NCBI GenBank assembly: GCA_963710755.1
Contig: CAVQBK010000003.1
Coordinates: 1,403,108 to 1,467,107, forward strand
Reading direction: 5' to 3'
DNA length: 64,000 nt
Source of the DNA: an uncultured bacterium
GTDB lineage: Bacteria > Oederibacteriota > JAAXVQ01 > JAUVAV01
The notes beneath the pieces were generated by a model, which was not told the DNA's origin, ran no database searches, and worked only from the letters and a program-made list of their open reading frames with translations. The first letter of the stretch is position 1. Every line of letters begins with the position of its first letter. This document shows, piece by piece, positions 39,976 through 50,788 of this stretch. The translations under genes were made by a program, and so were the position numbers.

Positions 39976-40757
39976 AGCTTTTTAACCTCATCGCTGTAGA
40001 ATTGTTAAAGCTGCGGCGCAGCAAAATCACCTGGCTTTCCTGGCTGACTTTTTCCGTGATGCCTCTGGGCATAGGGATGTTCGTTTGGATTGTCAAGGAG
40101 CCCGGCCGTGCGGCCAAGCTGGGTCTTTTAGGCCAGAAAGCAACCTTGACTGGGTTAACCGCCACCTGGCCTTCATACTTCACCATGCTCAACCAAGCCG
40201 CCTGTGCCGGCGGTATGATTCTGCTGGCCATTATCGTGACTTATATTTTTGGCCGGGAATATTCAGAGGGCACGGCCAAGAATATGCTCACCCTGCCCGT
40301 GCAGCGTCATGACCTGGCTTTGGCCAAGTTTGCGGTCAGTTTTATTTGGTTTTCCTTGCTGGTACTGTCGATCCTTGCCGAAGGCTTTCTGGTGGGCTTA
40401 TGGCTCAAGTTGCCAGATCTGACTTGGGGCCAGGCTGCTTCTGGGATCAGGATGATTCTCTTTTCCGGGTTGGTGGGCTTTTTATTGGTGCCGCTCGTGG
40501 CCTGGATGGCTACATGGGGCAAGGGTTTTCTGCCGCCTTTGGGATTTACTATTTTCATGCTGCTGCTGGGTAATATCTTTGGCGCTACTGGGTGGGGTAA
40601 ATGGTTCCCCTGGTCGATCGTGCCCATGATGGCCGGTTTAGCCGGGCCGCGCATGGAAGTACTCGCGCCGGGCAGTCTGGTGGTGGTGGGCCTGACCTTT
40701 GTGGCCGGGTTGGCGGCTACGCTGTTGCAGTTGCGCTATGGGGATAATGTGCAGTAA
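39972..40757 (+). CDS. BcrB/LanE-like ABC permease
   Basis: ELLKLRRS, FGREY.EGT.KN.LT.PV.R, FPW; ATGA overlap. Confidence 0.9.
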   Translation: MKLFNLIAVELLKLRRSKITWLSWLTFSVMPLGIGMFVWIVKEPGRAAKLGLLGQKATLTGLTATWPSYFTMLNQAACAGGMILLAIIVTYIFGREYSEGTAKNMLTLPVQRHDLALAKFAVSFIWFSLLVLSILAEGFLVGLWLKLPDLTWGQAASGIRMILFSGLVGFLLVPLVAWMATWGKGFLPPLGFTIFMLLLGNIFGATGWGKWFPWSIVPMMAGLAGPRMEVLAPGSLVVVGLTFVAGLAATLLQLRYGDNVQ

Positions 40758-41159
40758 AACCAAAAAATGGGACCACAACTTACAAGGTGGAGCTGGTATT
40801 GGCAAGGGTGAACCCACCCAATGGATCAACGCGAGCAGCCAGCAGGAAAAAAGCACTGTCAAGGCAGGGCATAGCCCATGCTCGTGATCAGATTGGACGC
40901 CGGCAGTTCCGGCCAAAAATGCACAGCTTTGGCGTTGGGAGAGTCAGGAGCATAGTCGACCAGCCGCCAAGGAACATGGTTCCGAACAGGGGTCTGGCCA
41001 ACGGGCCCGTGTCCTAATAGTGATGAACGTGGAAACCATTGCATACAGCCACATTTTTGGTATAATCGGGCCGGCTTATAAAATAATCTGTTTTTTAATA
41101 ACAAATGCATGTCATTTTTATGAACTGCAGGGAGATGTTAAAGTCGAGGAGGTCGAACC

Positions 41160-41720
41160 ATGAAAAAAAAGATGAGATGCAAGAGTTGTGGCTTTGTGAT
41201 CGAGGAAGGTAAACTGGGTGATGTTTGTCCTGCCTGCGGCGTGCCTCGCAAGCTGTTCGAGCCTTTTGAAGACAACATCTCGGAAAAACGCAGGGCCATA
41301 CTTAAACTGGCTCTCCATCCCATCTTGGTTCATTTCCCAATAGCATTTTCGGTCACCCTCATTATGGCAGCGCTGGCTGCGTGGTGGATCATTCCCTGGC
41401 GCGACGTGTTGGGCAATGTCATTTATGTTTTAGCCCTGGCCACGCCTTTTACCTTGGTACTGGCCATTGCGGCCGGCCTGTTGGACGGCAAGACCCGTTT
41501 TCGTAAATTGACCACCCCAATCTTGAAACAAAAGTTGTTTCTGGGTATATTTTATTTCATTCTGTCACTAGCCATGGTCATAGTAACTCTTAATCCGGCT
41601 TGGCCTAATGCGGGCCTGCTGATCATTGTGGTGATTCTCGATGCAGGCTGTTTGGCTTTTTCTACCAGACTGGGCTTGTTGGGCACCAGTTTAATGGAGG
41701 CCAAGTTTCCAGGGAAATAA
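41160..41720 (+). CDS. Rubredoxin-like domain fused to a DUF2231-like membrane domain
   Basis: CKSCG...CPACG followed by HPILVHFPIA and four TMs. Confidence 0.85.
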   Translation: MKKKMRCKSCGFVIEEGKLGDVCPACGVPRKLFEPFEDNISEKRRAILKLALHPILVHFPIAFSVTLIMAALAAWWIIPWRDVLGNVIYVLALATPFTLVLAIAAGLLDGKTRFRKLTTPILKQKLFLGIFYFILSLAMVIVTLNPAWPNAGLLIIVVILDAGCLAFSTRLGLLGTSLMEAKFPGK

Positions 41721-41788
41721 AATAAGGCTGGACCGAATAACCTATTGTTTTCACAACCTGAACCATCAAAATAAAATTGCAGGGCAGC

Positions 41789-42796
41789 TTAATAATACCC
41801 GCCTTGTGGCGGTCCGCCGCGAAAAACGCGATGGATATACCAGGTGTATATCAGCACCATGACCATACCCACCATGGTTACGGCAGCCATGATCTGTAGT
41901 ACCGGCACCGGACTGGCACTGTTGGCGATATCCAAACCGGGCATGCCGAATACAGAAGAACGAACCAAATGAGGAAACTGCGCACCGGCCAAACTTATCC
42001 AAAGTCCGCCAAACACCAAAGAAGATAAAGCTAACAAATAGTTCACTCGGCTTTGTAAAAGCAGCCGGCCGCTGCCCAATAGAGCAAGTATCGCCATGAG
42101 CAACCCGGCCCACACCACGGCGTTGGTCCTGGCTGCCGGCAAGGCAAAATAACCGGCAATGATGAGTCCCAGCACGGCCGCCAAATAAATCCACCATAAC
42201 CATTTAATCATTTTCAGTACAGACAAGCGCAACCGGTCCTGAGCGAAGCCCGCGGCAAAGGCCGCTCCCTGAAAAAGCATGGCAGACACCGTCACCATAG
42301 CCAGTACGGCCGGAAAATAGTGGAGCAGCACGCGATGGTTTAGCAGCACCCGTTGATCAGGTGTTAAGATAACACCGGTTACAGCATAACCGGCGACCAA
42401 GGCTAGCAGTATAGGGATAAGAAAACTGCTGATGGTAAAGGCCGCGCTCCAGGCATGTTTATGCTTTTGCGAATGAAACCAGAATTCGAAGGCCGTGGCG
42501 CGGATAATCAAAGCAAAAAGGATGGTCATGGCCGGTAAATAAAAACCAGAGAGCATGCCGGCATAAACCGGCGGGAAAGCTACGAACATCAATCCACCGG
42601 AAATGATAAGCCATACTTCGTTGCCGTCCCAAAAGGGCGATACACTGGAAATAAGGCGCTCTTTGTCCTGAGGATTGCGAAAAAACGGCAGCAGCATGCC
42701 TATCCCCAAGTCATAACCATCCAACAGGGTATAGCCGGCCATCATACAACAGAGCAAGATATATAAGGTGCTTTGCCAAAATAAGGATGTCTCCAT
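41789..42796 (-). CDS. cydB: Cytochrome bd ubiquinol oxidase subunit II
   Basis: LLDGYDLGIG, PFWDGNEVWL, AFP..YA, R..AFEF. Confidence 0.95.
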   Translation of the reverse strand: METSLFWQSTLYILLCCMMAGYTLLDGYDLGIGMLLPFFRNPQDKERLISSVSPFWDGNEVWLIISGGLMFVAFPPVYAGMLSGFYLPAMTILFALIIRATAFEFWFHSQKHKHAWSAAFTISSFLIPILLALVAGYAVTGVILTPDQRVLLNHRVLLHYFPAVLAMVTVSAMLFQGAAFAAGFAQDRLRLSVLKMIKWLWWIYLAAVLGLIIAGYFALPAARTNAVVWAGLLMAILALLGSGRLLLQSRVNYLLALSSLVFGGLWISLAGAQFPHLVRSSVFGMPGLDIANSASPVPVLQIMAAVTMVGMVMVLIYTWYIHRVFRGGPPQGGYY

Positions 42797-42797
42797 C

Positions 42798-44129
42798 TTA
42801 AGCCTCCTTGGATTCAGTCGGGAGCGATGCTGGGCCTTTTTGGATAATTTTAAAGACAGTGATAAGAAAAATGGTCAAGAGGAACATATAGAGGCTGACC
42901 AAGCCGGTCAGGGAAATGACGAGCTGGCCAACCGACACACCCGGGGAAGCGGCTCCCTGTGTGCGCAGCAGGCCGTACACCACCCATGGCTGGCGACCGA
43001 TCTCCGCACTGATCCACCCCATCTCAACCGCGATATAAGGTAAGAGGACGTTGGCCAGCAGCACGATTAAAAACCAGCGCGGGCCGGGGAGTTGCTTTTT
43101 CCGCCACAACCAGGCCCCCAGCAGCCCAATACCTATGGAGATAAGGCCAATAGCCACCATGAGATGAAAAGTGGTAAACACCGCATTGACCGGCGGCCAG
43201 TCTCGGAGGGGGAATTCATTAAGTCCTTTAACCGGGGTATTGGTGCCCCAGCCTAAAAGAACACTGAGCAGTCCCGGGATGGCCAAGGGCAGATGAATGG
43301 TGCGGTTTTGAGCATCAGGTATGCCAAAGATAATTAAGGGTTTGTTGCGGCCGGAGTGGAATACACCTTCCATGGCCGCGGACTTGGCCGGTTGGTAACG
43401 GTCCACATACACTGCGCTTAAATGGCCCAGTTCCAGCTGCACCAAAGGCAGCATTATGAACAAAACCACCGCTGGGCCCAGCAAGCGGCGGCTGAAATCA
43501 CCATGCTGACCTTTGAGGGCATACCAGGCGGCCAAGGCAGCCACTACGCCGGCGCCTACCATCCAACAAGCTACGTTGGTATGGGCAAAACGCAGCCAGG
43601 TGCCGGAATTAAATAGCAGCGGCCAAAAGCTGTCTAGTACGGGTTTGCCGTTTTGCATGATATAGCCGGTGGGGGTCTGCATCCAGGTGTTGGCGGAAAT
43701 GATCCACAGCCCGGAAAGATGGGAACCAAAGAAAACCAGAAAAGCGGAGAACCAGAAAACACCTGGTGATACGCGCTTGCGGCCGAATAACAGTATAGCC
43801 AAAAAAGCTGCTTCCAAGGCAAAGGCCGTGATGCCTTCTATGGCTACCGGCACGCCGAAAACACTGCCGGCGAATTTGGAAAAGTTTTCCCAATTGGTGC
43901 CAAAGGCAAATTCCATGGTGGCACCAGTGGCGATGCCCATGACATAGACCACGGCCAAGAGTTTGATCAGCAAGTCGGAAATTTGCTGATAGCCTTTGTT
44001 TTTAGTGCGTAGGAACAATGTTTCATAAAGCATGATAAACAAGGTCAGCCCCAAGGTGGTGGCCGGAAAGATAAAATGAAAACCAATGGAAAAACCGAAT
44101 TGAATACGGGCGAGCATGGTTGCATCCAT
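42798..44129 (-). CDS. cydA: Cytochrome bd ubiquinol oxidase subunit I (short Q-loop)
   Basis: ARIQF..FH, FGTNW, ANTWMQTP, QPAK.AAME, EIGRQPW. Confidence 0.96.
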   Translation of the reverse strand: MDATMLARIQFGFSIGFHFIFPATTLGLTLFIMLYETLFLRTKNKGYQQISDLLIKLLAVVYVMGIATGATMEFAFGTNWENFSKFAGSVFGVPVAIEGITAFALEAAFLAILLFGRKRVSPGVFWFSAFLVFFGSHLSGLWIISANTWMQTPTGYIMQNGKPVLDSFWPLLFNSGTWLRFAHTNVACWMVGAGVVAALAAWYALKGQHGDFSRRLLGPAVVLFIMLPLVQLELGHLSAVYVDRYQPAKSAAMEGVFHSGRNKPLIIFGIPDAQNRTIHLPLAIPGLLSVLLGWGTNTPVKGLNEFPLRDWPPVNAVFTTFHLMVAIGLISIGIGLLGAWLWRKKQLPGPRWFLIVLLANVLLPYIAVEMGWISAEIGRQPWVVYGLLRTQGAASPGVSVGQLVISLTGLVSLYMFLLTIFLITVFKIIQKGPASLPTESKEA

Positions 44130-44420
44130 AAGCAAACCTCCTGGTTAGTGCCGGCGAGGGCATCCAATCCGGCAAGGGTAAAGGCAGAGACCAGCAAAAG
44201 ATGAACGCCGAAATTGTTCCGGGGCTTGGCCTAACCTGAGATGGTGAAGGTTTATAATTATAGGTTGTTCGGATGGCAATGGCGCTATTATTGCCGAAGA
44301 CCATGGTTAATGCAACGGAAAACAAAAGTCCATCATATCCGTGGCGGTGATGTTGATTTACTTTTTCTGGCTGCTGCTCTATGATGCCAAAAGAAAAATG
44401 GCTTTCAGGGAAGGCATCTC

Positions 44421-45110
44421 ATGATCGATCCAACACGGATAAAAATGATTTTGTTTGATCTGGACGGCACGTTGGTGGACAGTGCCGCTGATTTGGCCTA
44501 CAGCATTGATGAAATGTTAAACCACCTGCATTTGCCGCGTCAAGGCGAGGAGAACGTTCGCCGATGGATCGGCAATGGGGTTGACCGCCTCATTCATAGG
44601 GCGTTGACAACACGTCAAGACGGTGCAACTGAGGCTGATCTGTTTAACCGGGCCAAAGCCTTGTTTCTTGATTTCTATGCCAAGAACCTGGATAAGCACA
44701 GCGTGCTATATCCCGGGGTTGAGTCAGCCCTGCAACGTTTGCGCCAACTTGGCCTGTTCATGGGGTGCGTGACCAATAAACCGGAACGCTTTACCTTGCC
44801 CTTGCTCGAGCATTTGGGGTTGCACCGGTTTTTCGACATTGTTGTTTGCGGTGATACCCTGCCCCAACAAAAACCTGATCCACAGCCATTGCGTTATGCT
44901 TGCAGCCGGTTGGACCAGGCGCCTGAGACCGCGCTCATGGTTGGAGATTCAGAAAACGATGTGGCCGCAGCCAGGGCGGCGGGTTTTGGGATCGTGGCGG
45001 TGACCTATGGTTATAACCACGGCCGGCCGATAGCTCAAACCCACCCGGATTTGGTGGTGGACAATTTGGAAGTCTTGGCCGCTTTATGGGCCAAACCGGG
45101 CTTGTCTTGA
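44421..45110 (+). CDS. gph: Phosphoglycolate phosphatase (HAD)
   Basis: FDLDGTLVDS, WIGNG, TNKP, KPDP, GDS.ND, YGYNHG. Confidence 0.9.
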   Translation: MIDPTRIKMILFDLDGTLVDSAADLAYSIDEMLNHLHLPRQGEENVRRWIGNGVDRLIHRALTTRQDGATEADLFNRAKALFLDFYAKNLDKHSVLYPGVESALQRLRQLGLFMGCVTNKPERFTLPLLEHLGLHRFFDIVVCGDTLPQQKPDPQPLRYACSRLDQAPETALMVGDSENDVAAARAAGFGIVAVTYGYNHGRPIAQTHPDLVVDNLEVLAALWAKPGLS

Positions 45111-45225
45111 TCAGAACGTTCTGTCCAGTGGGAAATAGCTTGGCGGGCTAATTATTTTACTGGCCTATCTCTTTGCCCGGGTGTCAAAATAGCGCCGTAG
45201 AAAAAATTAATCCAGCCAAAGGAGG

Positions 45226-46059
45226 ATGAAACTCATGGTTCCTATTGCCAGAATCTCAATGATCTTGTTGTTAATGGTTGTTTTTTTCTCCACCCTTGTC
45301 AATGTTGCGCAGGCCTCTCTGGTTAAAAAAACCTTGACCTACAAGGAAGGCGGGGAGCAATTTAAAAGTTATCTGGTTTTTGATGACAGCTATTCCGGCA
45401 AACGGCCGGGGGTATTGGTTTTCCCCGAATGGTGGGGCCTCAATGATTATGCCAAAATGCGGGCCGACCAATTGGCTGCCCTGGGCTACGTGGCGCTGGC
45501 CGTGGATATTTATGGTGATGCCAAGAATACCACTGATCCCAAAGTGGCAGGCCAATGGGCCGGGAATTTCAGGAGTCATCCTGAATTAATGCGCACCAAC
45601 AGCCAGGCGGCTTATCGGATGCTGGCCGAGCAGCCGTTGGTGGATGTCCACAACCTAGCGGCCGTGGGCTATTGTTTTGGCGGTACGGTCGTGTTGTCCC
45701 TGGCATATAGCGGTGCTGATTTAAAAGGGGCCGTCACCTTTCACGGCGGTTTGATCGTGCCCGACGCTGGCGATTTAAAACGGTTGAAGGCTAAACTCTT
45801 GATCTTGCACGGGGCCATCGACCCCACCATGAAGCCGGAGACCATTCAAGCCTTCCGGGCGGCTCTGGAAAGCGCCCATAAAGATTATCAAATGGTTTAC
45901 TACAGCGGGGCAGTGCATGCTTTCACCAATCCCAATTCAGGTAGTGATCCCACCAAAGGCGTGGCTTATAATGCCATTGCCGCTCAACGGGCCTGGGAAG
46001 CCATGCGTACCTTTCTTAAAGAGGTGTTTGCAGGCACAGGCACTTCTGCCAAGCAATAG
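45226..46059 (+). CDS. Exported dienelactone hydrolase family protein
   Basis: Signal peptide, EWWG, GYCFGG, FHG, HAFTNP. Confidence 0.92.
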   Translation: MKLMVPIARISMILLLMVVFFSTLVNVAQASLVKKTLTYKEGGEQFKSYLVFDDSYSGKRPGVLVFPEWWGLNDYAKMRADQLAALGYVALAVDIYGDAKNTTDPKVAGQWAGNFRSHPELMRTNSQAAYRMLAEQPLVDVHNLAAVGYCFGGTVVLSLAYSGADLKGAVTFHGGLIVPDAGDLKRLKAKLLILHGAIDPTMKPETIQAFRAALESAHKDYQMVYYSGAVHAFTNPNSGSDPTKGVAYNAIAAQRAWEAMRTFLKEVFAGTGTSAKQ

Positions 46060-46081
46060 GCTTTAACCGGCTGATAAAAAC

Positions 46082-46131
46082 ACGGCTATAAGAGGGCCGG
46101 GATGGGGGCATCCCGGCCCTCTTATAGCCGT
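46082..46131. terminator. Long perfect hairpin (terminator-like)
   Basis: acggctataagagggccgggatg-gggg-catcccggccctcttatagccgt, 23-bp stem. Confidence 0.75.
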
Positions 46132-46256
46132 TCTTGGAATTCCTTGCGGCTTATTTCTGGGTAATTTAACACAAGCGTACGACCTATAAGGTTACAATCA
46201 GACAATCAGCAAAGTATTAAGAAACCTGTCTTGATGACAGGTCAAGGAGGGGACTA

Positions 46257-47540
46257 ATGAAAACAAGGAGTGCGTTCCTGACAGTGCTGATGGCCACACT
46301 CTGGTGGAGCAGCGCCGTACAGGCGGGGGATCTTTATACACTGCAGGGCTGTTATGAAAAAGCCTTACAGCGAAGCGAGACTTTAGCCAATCAGCAGGAA
46401 CAGATTCAATTGGCTGAAGATCATTACCAGCAAGCCTTCGGCAGTATCCTGCCGGCTATTAATGGCACTGCTTTCTATGGATGGGAAGATGCTTATGCGC
46501 CGGTCAGCTTTCCTGGCAGAACCCTTGCTTTCAACCCTTATCAGATTAAAGTGACCGCCACGCAACCTTTATTTCGAGGCTTGCGTGAATATGCAGCCTT
46601 GCGTCAAGCCGGTGATTTAATTACGGCCCAAAAAGAAGCCGCCCACTGGGCCGGCATTCAGCTTTATATGGACGTGGCCCAGGCTTTTTTCAATGTGCTG
46701 GCCTATGAAAGCGACTTGTATCATTACCAGGTGCAAGATATGCTTTACAGTCAACGGATTGAAGATTTGCGGGCTCGGGTGCGCATCGGCCGGTCACGAC
46801 GCACGGAAGTGCTGACGGTGCAGTCCGCCCAGGCAGCGCTTAAAGCTCAGGTCCAGCAACTACAGGGCCAGCTGGCGGTGGCCCGGGAAGTGCTGACCTT
46901 TTTAACAGGCCTGGAGGGGACCATTTCTTTGCAGGAAGAAGAATCCATGCCGGTCCAACCAGCGCCGGAGGATCATTATTTGGCAGGCTTGGACAACCGG
47001 CCTGATGTGAAAGCCGCGCGTCAGCAATTGGCCTCTGCCAAGGAAGGGATTACCATTGCCAAGGGAGGCCATTGGCCCAGTGTTGATGCCAATGGCAATT
47101 ACTACTTTACCCGCTCCGATGTCGCCAGCGGAGGTAAATGGGATGCCACCATTAGCCTTAGCCTGCCGCTTTTCATGGGCGGCACCATTGCGGCCCAGAC
47201 AAGATCAGCGGAAGCGCAGGCACGTATTAGTGAAAATAATTTAAATTTGGTTATGCGACAGGACAAGCAGGCCTTGCATAATGCTTATATCAATCTGAAG
47301 GCTAGTCTGGATCAGGTGGCGGCCAATCAGACGGCCTCCGATCTTTCTCAAAAAAATTATCAGGCTGTACTCAAGGATTACAATCTGGGACTGGCGACCA
47401 ATCTGGATGTACTGGTGGCCATGAGTTCCGATCAAGATGCGCTGCGTACCTTGGACCGGGTCAGGCTCTCGGCCAAACTTAACAACATTTTGCTGGAAGC
47501 TGCGGCCATGATGCGGCCTATTCCCGCGGGAGGTAAATAG
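46257..47540 (+). CDS. TolC family outer-membrane efflux protein
   Basis: Signal peptide, QPLFRG, RPDV, LPLF.GG, YNLGLATNLDVL. Confidence 0.92.
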   Translation: MKTRSAFLTVLMATLWWSSAVQAGDLYTLQGCYEKALQRSETLANQQEQIQLAEDHYQQAFGSILPAINGTAFYGWEDAYAPVSFPGRTLAFNPYQIKVTATQPLFRGLREYAALRQAGDLITAQKEAAHWAGIQLYMDVAQAFFNVLAYESDLYHYQVQDMLYSQRIEDLRARVRIGRSRRTEVLTVQSAQAALKAQVQQLQGQLAVAREVLTFLTGLEGTISLQEEESMPVQPAPEDHYLAGLDNRPDVKAARQQLASAKEGITIAKGGHWPSVDANGNYYFTRSDVASGGKWDATISLSLPLFMGGTIAAQTRSAEAQARISENNLNLVMRQDKQALHNAYINLKASLDQVAANQTASDLSQKNYQAVLKDYNLGLATNLDVLVAMSSDQDALRTLDRVRLSAKLNNILLEAAAMMRPIPAGGK

Positions 47541-47545
47541 CTGTC

Positions 47546-50500
47546 ATGACCATTTCCGATCTTTCCATACGTAGGCCCGTTTTTGCCTGGATGCTTATGG
47601 GCGGCTTGATTGTGTTCGGTATCCTGGGGTTCAAAAGGCTGGGCGTGAGCCAGTTGCCCAGCGTTGATTTTCCGGTTGTGAATATCAGGGTGACCATGGC
47701 CGGCGCGGCTCCGGAGGTAATGGAGCGGGATGTGGTGGACGTGATTGAGAATGCGATCATGTCCATTCAGGGCGTGCGCGATGTACGTTCCAGCAGTTAT
47801 GATTCCTCGGCAACCATTACCGTGGAATTTGATCTGGGCAGGGATATTAATGTGGCTGCCCAGGATGTGCAGGCTAAGCTCAGCCAGTCGGCCCGTTTGC
47901 TGCCTACGCAAATGGATCCGCCGGTGATCACCAAAACCAACCCTGCCGATACCCCTATTTTATGGCTGGCCCTGCAAAGTGATCGATATTCCTTGCGGGA
48001 CCTCATGATTTATGTCAACGATTACCTGAAAGGCCAGATTACTACCGTGCCCGGCGTAGGGGATATTTTTCTGGGGGGCTATGTGGACCCCAATATGCGG
48101 GTATGGGTTAAAACCAATGCTTTGGACCGATATTATTTAAGTGTCAATGATGTGAACAATACGCTTAAAACCCAAAATGTGGAACCGCCTTCCGGCTATT
48201 TCGATACGCCCAAAAAAGAATACAACGTGCGCACCATGGGCGAAGAAAGCACGCCTGAAAAATTTGCAGCCATGCACATCCTCTCTCGCGGCGGTCAGCC
48301 CAATTATCAGTCGGTAAAACTTGGCCAAGTCAGCCGTATCGAAAAAGGTATGGCTGATGTGCGCCGCATCAGCCGGGCTAATGGTCTGCCGGCCGTGGGG
48401 CTGGGAGTACTTAAACAGCGCGGGTCCAATGAAGTGGCTGTGGCCAATGCCGTTAAACAGCGTGTGGCGGAGATTCAAAAAAATCTTCCTCCGGGCATGA
48501 AATTAACCATCAATGTCGATCTGTCCAAATTTATTAGACAATCAGTGGAAGAAATGAACCTGACTTTGATTCTGGCCGCGATTTTGACCGGACTGGTATG
48601 CTGGATCTTTTTGGGTTCGTGGACATCCACCCTTAACGTGTGGCTGGCCATTCCCACCTCCATCATGGGTACTTTTTTAATTCTGTATTTTCTAGGCTTT
48701 ACACTCAACACCTTTACCCTAATGGCGCTGACGCTTGTCATAGGCATCGTGGTGGATGATGCCATCATGATGCAGGAAAATATTTCTCGCCATCTCGAAA
48801 TGGGACAGAACAGCACCAAAGCCGCTATCCTAGGTGCACGGCAAATCACCTTTGCCGCCGTGGCCGCCAGCGTGGCTCTAGTGGCGATTTTTATGCCTGT
48901 GGCTTTCATGAGCGGCGTTATTGGTACCTTTTTCTTTCAGTTCGGACTGACCTTGTCGGTGGCCGTGCTGTTGTCCCTGATGGAAGCTGTGACCCTGACG
49001 CCTATGCGTGCCTCACGTTTTGTGACTTTTAAACCGAGAACCACTTGGTTCGGCCATGGCGTGGACCAAATTTTCACCACCACCAGAAACGGTTACCATC
49101 GTATCCTGAGCTTGGCGCTGCGCCACCGCTGGAAGGTGATCATTGGGGCCTTGATTTTTTTCGCAGGCAGTTTTTACAGCCTCAAGTACCTCAATAAAGA
49201 ATTCGTGCCGTCTCAGGACATGAGCCTTTTCATCATCCAGATGAAAACCCCGGTGGGATCGTCCTTGACCTATACGGACAGCAAGGTCAAGCTGGTGGAA
49301 AAATATCTTTTGAGCCGTCCGGAGGTGTCCCGGACTTTCCTGGCCTTGGGCGGCTTTTCGGGCGGCCAGGTCAACACCGGCCTTATTTTTGTCACCTTGA
49401 AACCCAAGGGTGAGCGCGGCATTGATCCCCAGACACACCATGAACTGACGCAGCAGGAATTTATGAATTTAACCAGACGCAATCTTAAATCCATATCTGA
49501 TGCCAGAATTGTGCTTCAGGATTTATCCTCCCGCGGTTTCGGTTCGGGCCGAAGTTTTCCCGTGGAATTTACCATTTTGGGAGCAGATTGGGATAAATTG
49601 GGCAACTATTCCAAGGAAATCATGGATCAGCTTAAAAAAACTGGATTGGTTACTGATCTGGATACTGACTATCAAACGGGCCAATCGGAAATTCACATCT
49701 TACCGGACCGGGCCAAAGCCGCGGACCATGGCGTGGACGTGGAGTCGGTGGGGCAGGTCATCAATGCACTTATTGGAGGGGTGGTGGTAGGTAGTTATCC
49801 TGAAGGCGGCCATCGTTATGATGTGAGGGTTAAAATGGCACCGGAAGATATTAAAGGCAATCTTTTTGAACTAATTAAAGATTTAAAAGTCCGCAATAAC
49901 CGGGGCAATCTCATTGCTCTGCAAAAAGTGGTAAAGCTTCAGGAAGTTTCCACCCTCCAGGTGATTACCCGTTATAACCGGCAAAGAGCCATCACGGTGA
50001 CCGCCAATGTGGCTCCTGGAAAATCTCAACAAGCAGCACTGGCAGAAGCCGCAGCCATCAGCAAGGCCGTGCTGCCAGGGGGTTACCATATTAATATCAC
50101 CGGCAGCGCTCAAACTTTTCAGGAATCCTTTTCCGGTTTGCTGCTGGCTTTAGTGCTCGGTATATTGATTGCTTATATGGTTTTAGGGACGCAGTTCAAC
50201 AGTTTTATCGATCCTTTTTCAGTGCTCATGGCCCTGCCTTTTTCCGTATCGGGCGCTTTTTTAGCGCTGCTGCTGACCGGCCAGTCCCTTAATATTTACA
50301 GTATGATCGGCTTGATTTTACTGATGGGGATTGTTAAGAAAAACTCCATTCTTTTGGTGGAATTTACCAATCGCGTCAGGGAAGAGAAAAAAAAATCAGT
50401 TCACGATGCACTTTTGGAGGCTTGCCCAATCCGGCTGAGGCCCATCTTAATGACCTCCATAGCAATTATTGCAGGCGCCGTGCCGGCAGCCCTGGCCATT

Positions 50501-50698
50501 GGCCCGGGAGCAGCCACCCGCATTCCCATGTCCGTGGCGGTCATTGGGGGAGTGATGGTCTCCACGTTGCTTACCTTGTTTGTTGTTCCTTGTGTTTACA
50601 GCCTTTTGGCCAATTTGGAAGGTAAGGAAACGCACATTCCTTTTGAACAAACTGAGGCGGGCAAGGTTTATGCGGAGATGCACGTCAAAGATCTTTAA
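47546..50698 (+). CDS. RND (AcrB/HAE-like) efflux permease
   Basis: SIRRPV, GIVVDDAIMMQENI, KKNSILLVEF, RLRPILMTS. Confidence 0.96.
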   Translation: MTISDLSIRRPVFAWMLMGGLIVFGILGFKRLGVSQLPSVDFPVVNIRVTMAGAAPEVMERDVVDVIENAIMSIQGVRDVRSSSYDSSATITVEFDLGRDINVAAQDVQAKLSQSARLLPTQMDPPVITKTNPADTPILWLALQSDRYSLRDLMIYVNDYLKGQITTVPGVGDIFLGGYVDPNMRVWVKTNALDRYYLSVNDVNNTLKTQNVEPPSGYFDTPKKEYNVRTMGEESTPEKFAAMHILSRGGQPNYQSVKLGQVSRIEKGMADVRRISRANGLPAVGLGVLKQRGSNEVAVANAVKQRVAEIQKNLPPGMKLTINVDLSKFIRQSVEEMNLTLILAAILTGLVCWIFLGSWTSTLNVWLAIPTSIMGTFLILYFLGFTLNTFTLMALTLVIGIVVDDAIMMQENISRHLEMGQNSTKAAILGARQITFAAVAASVALVAIFMPVAFMSGVIGTFFFQFGLTLSVAVLLSLMEAVTLTPMRASRFVTFKPRTTWFGHGVDQIFTTTRNGYHRILSLALRHRWKVIIGALIFFAGSFYSLKYLNKEFVPSQDMSLFIIQMKTPVGSSLTYTDSKVKLVEKYLLSRPEVSRTFLALGGFSGGQVNTGLIFVTLKPKGERGIDPQTHHELTQQEFMNLTRRNLKSISDARIVLQDLSSRGFGSGRSFPVEFTILGADWDKLGNYSKEIMDQLKKTGLVTDLDTDYQTGQSEIHILPDRAKAADHGVDVESVGQVINALIGGVVVGSYPEGGHRYDVRVKMAPEDIKGNLFELIKDLKVRNNRGNLIALQKVVKLQEVSTLQVITRYNRQRAITVTANVAPGKSQQAALAEAAAISKAVLPGGYHINITGSAQTFQESFSGLLLALVLGILIAYMVLGTQFNSFIDPFSVLMALPFSVSGAFLALLLTGQSLNIYSMIGLILLMGIVKKNSILLVEFTNRVREEKKKSVHDALLEACPIRLRPILMTSIAIIAGAVPAALAIGPGAATRIPMSVAVIGGVMVSTLLTLFVVPCVYSLLANLEGKETHIPFEQTEAGKVYAEMHVKDL

Positions 50699-50731
50699 GC
50701 CCCCCTCTCTTCCGCGAACATCAAACCTAAA

Positions 50732-50781
50732 AAAAGGGCCCTATTAAGGACGTCATTTCACGTCCTTAATAGGGCCCTTTT
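50732..50781. terminator. Bidirectional intrinsic terminator between convergent genes
   Basis: aaaagggccctattaaggacgt-catttc-acgtccttaatagggccctttt. Confidence 0.85.
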
Positions 50782-50788
50782 ATTCGGG

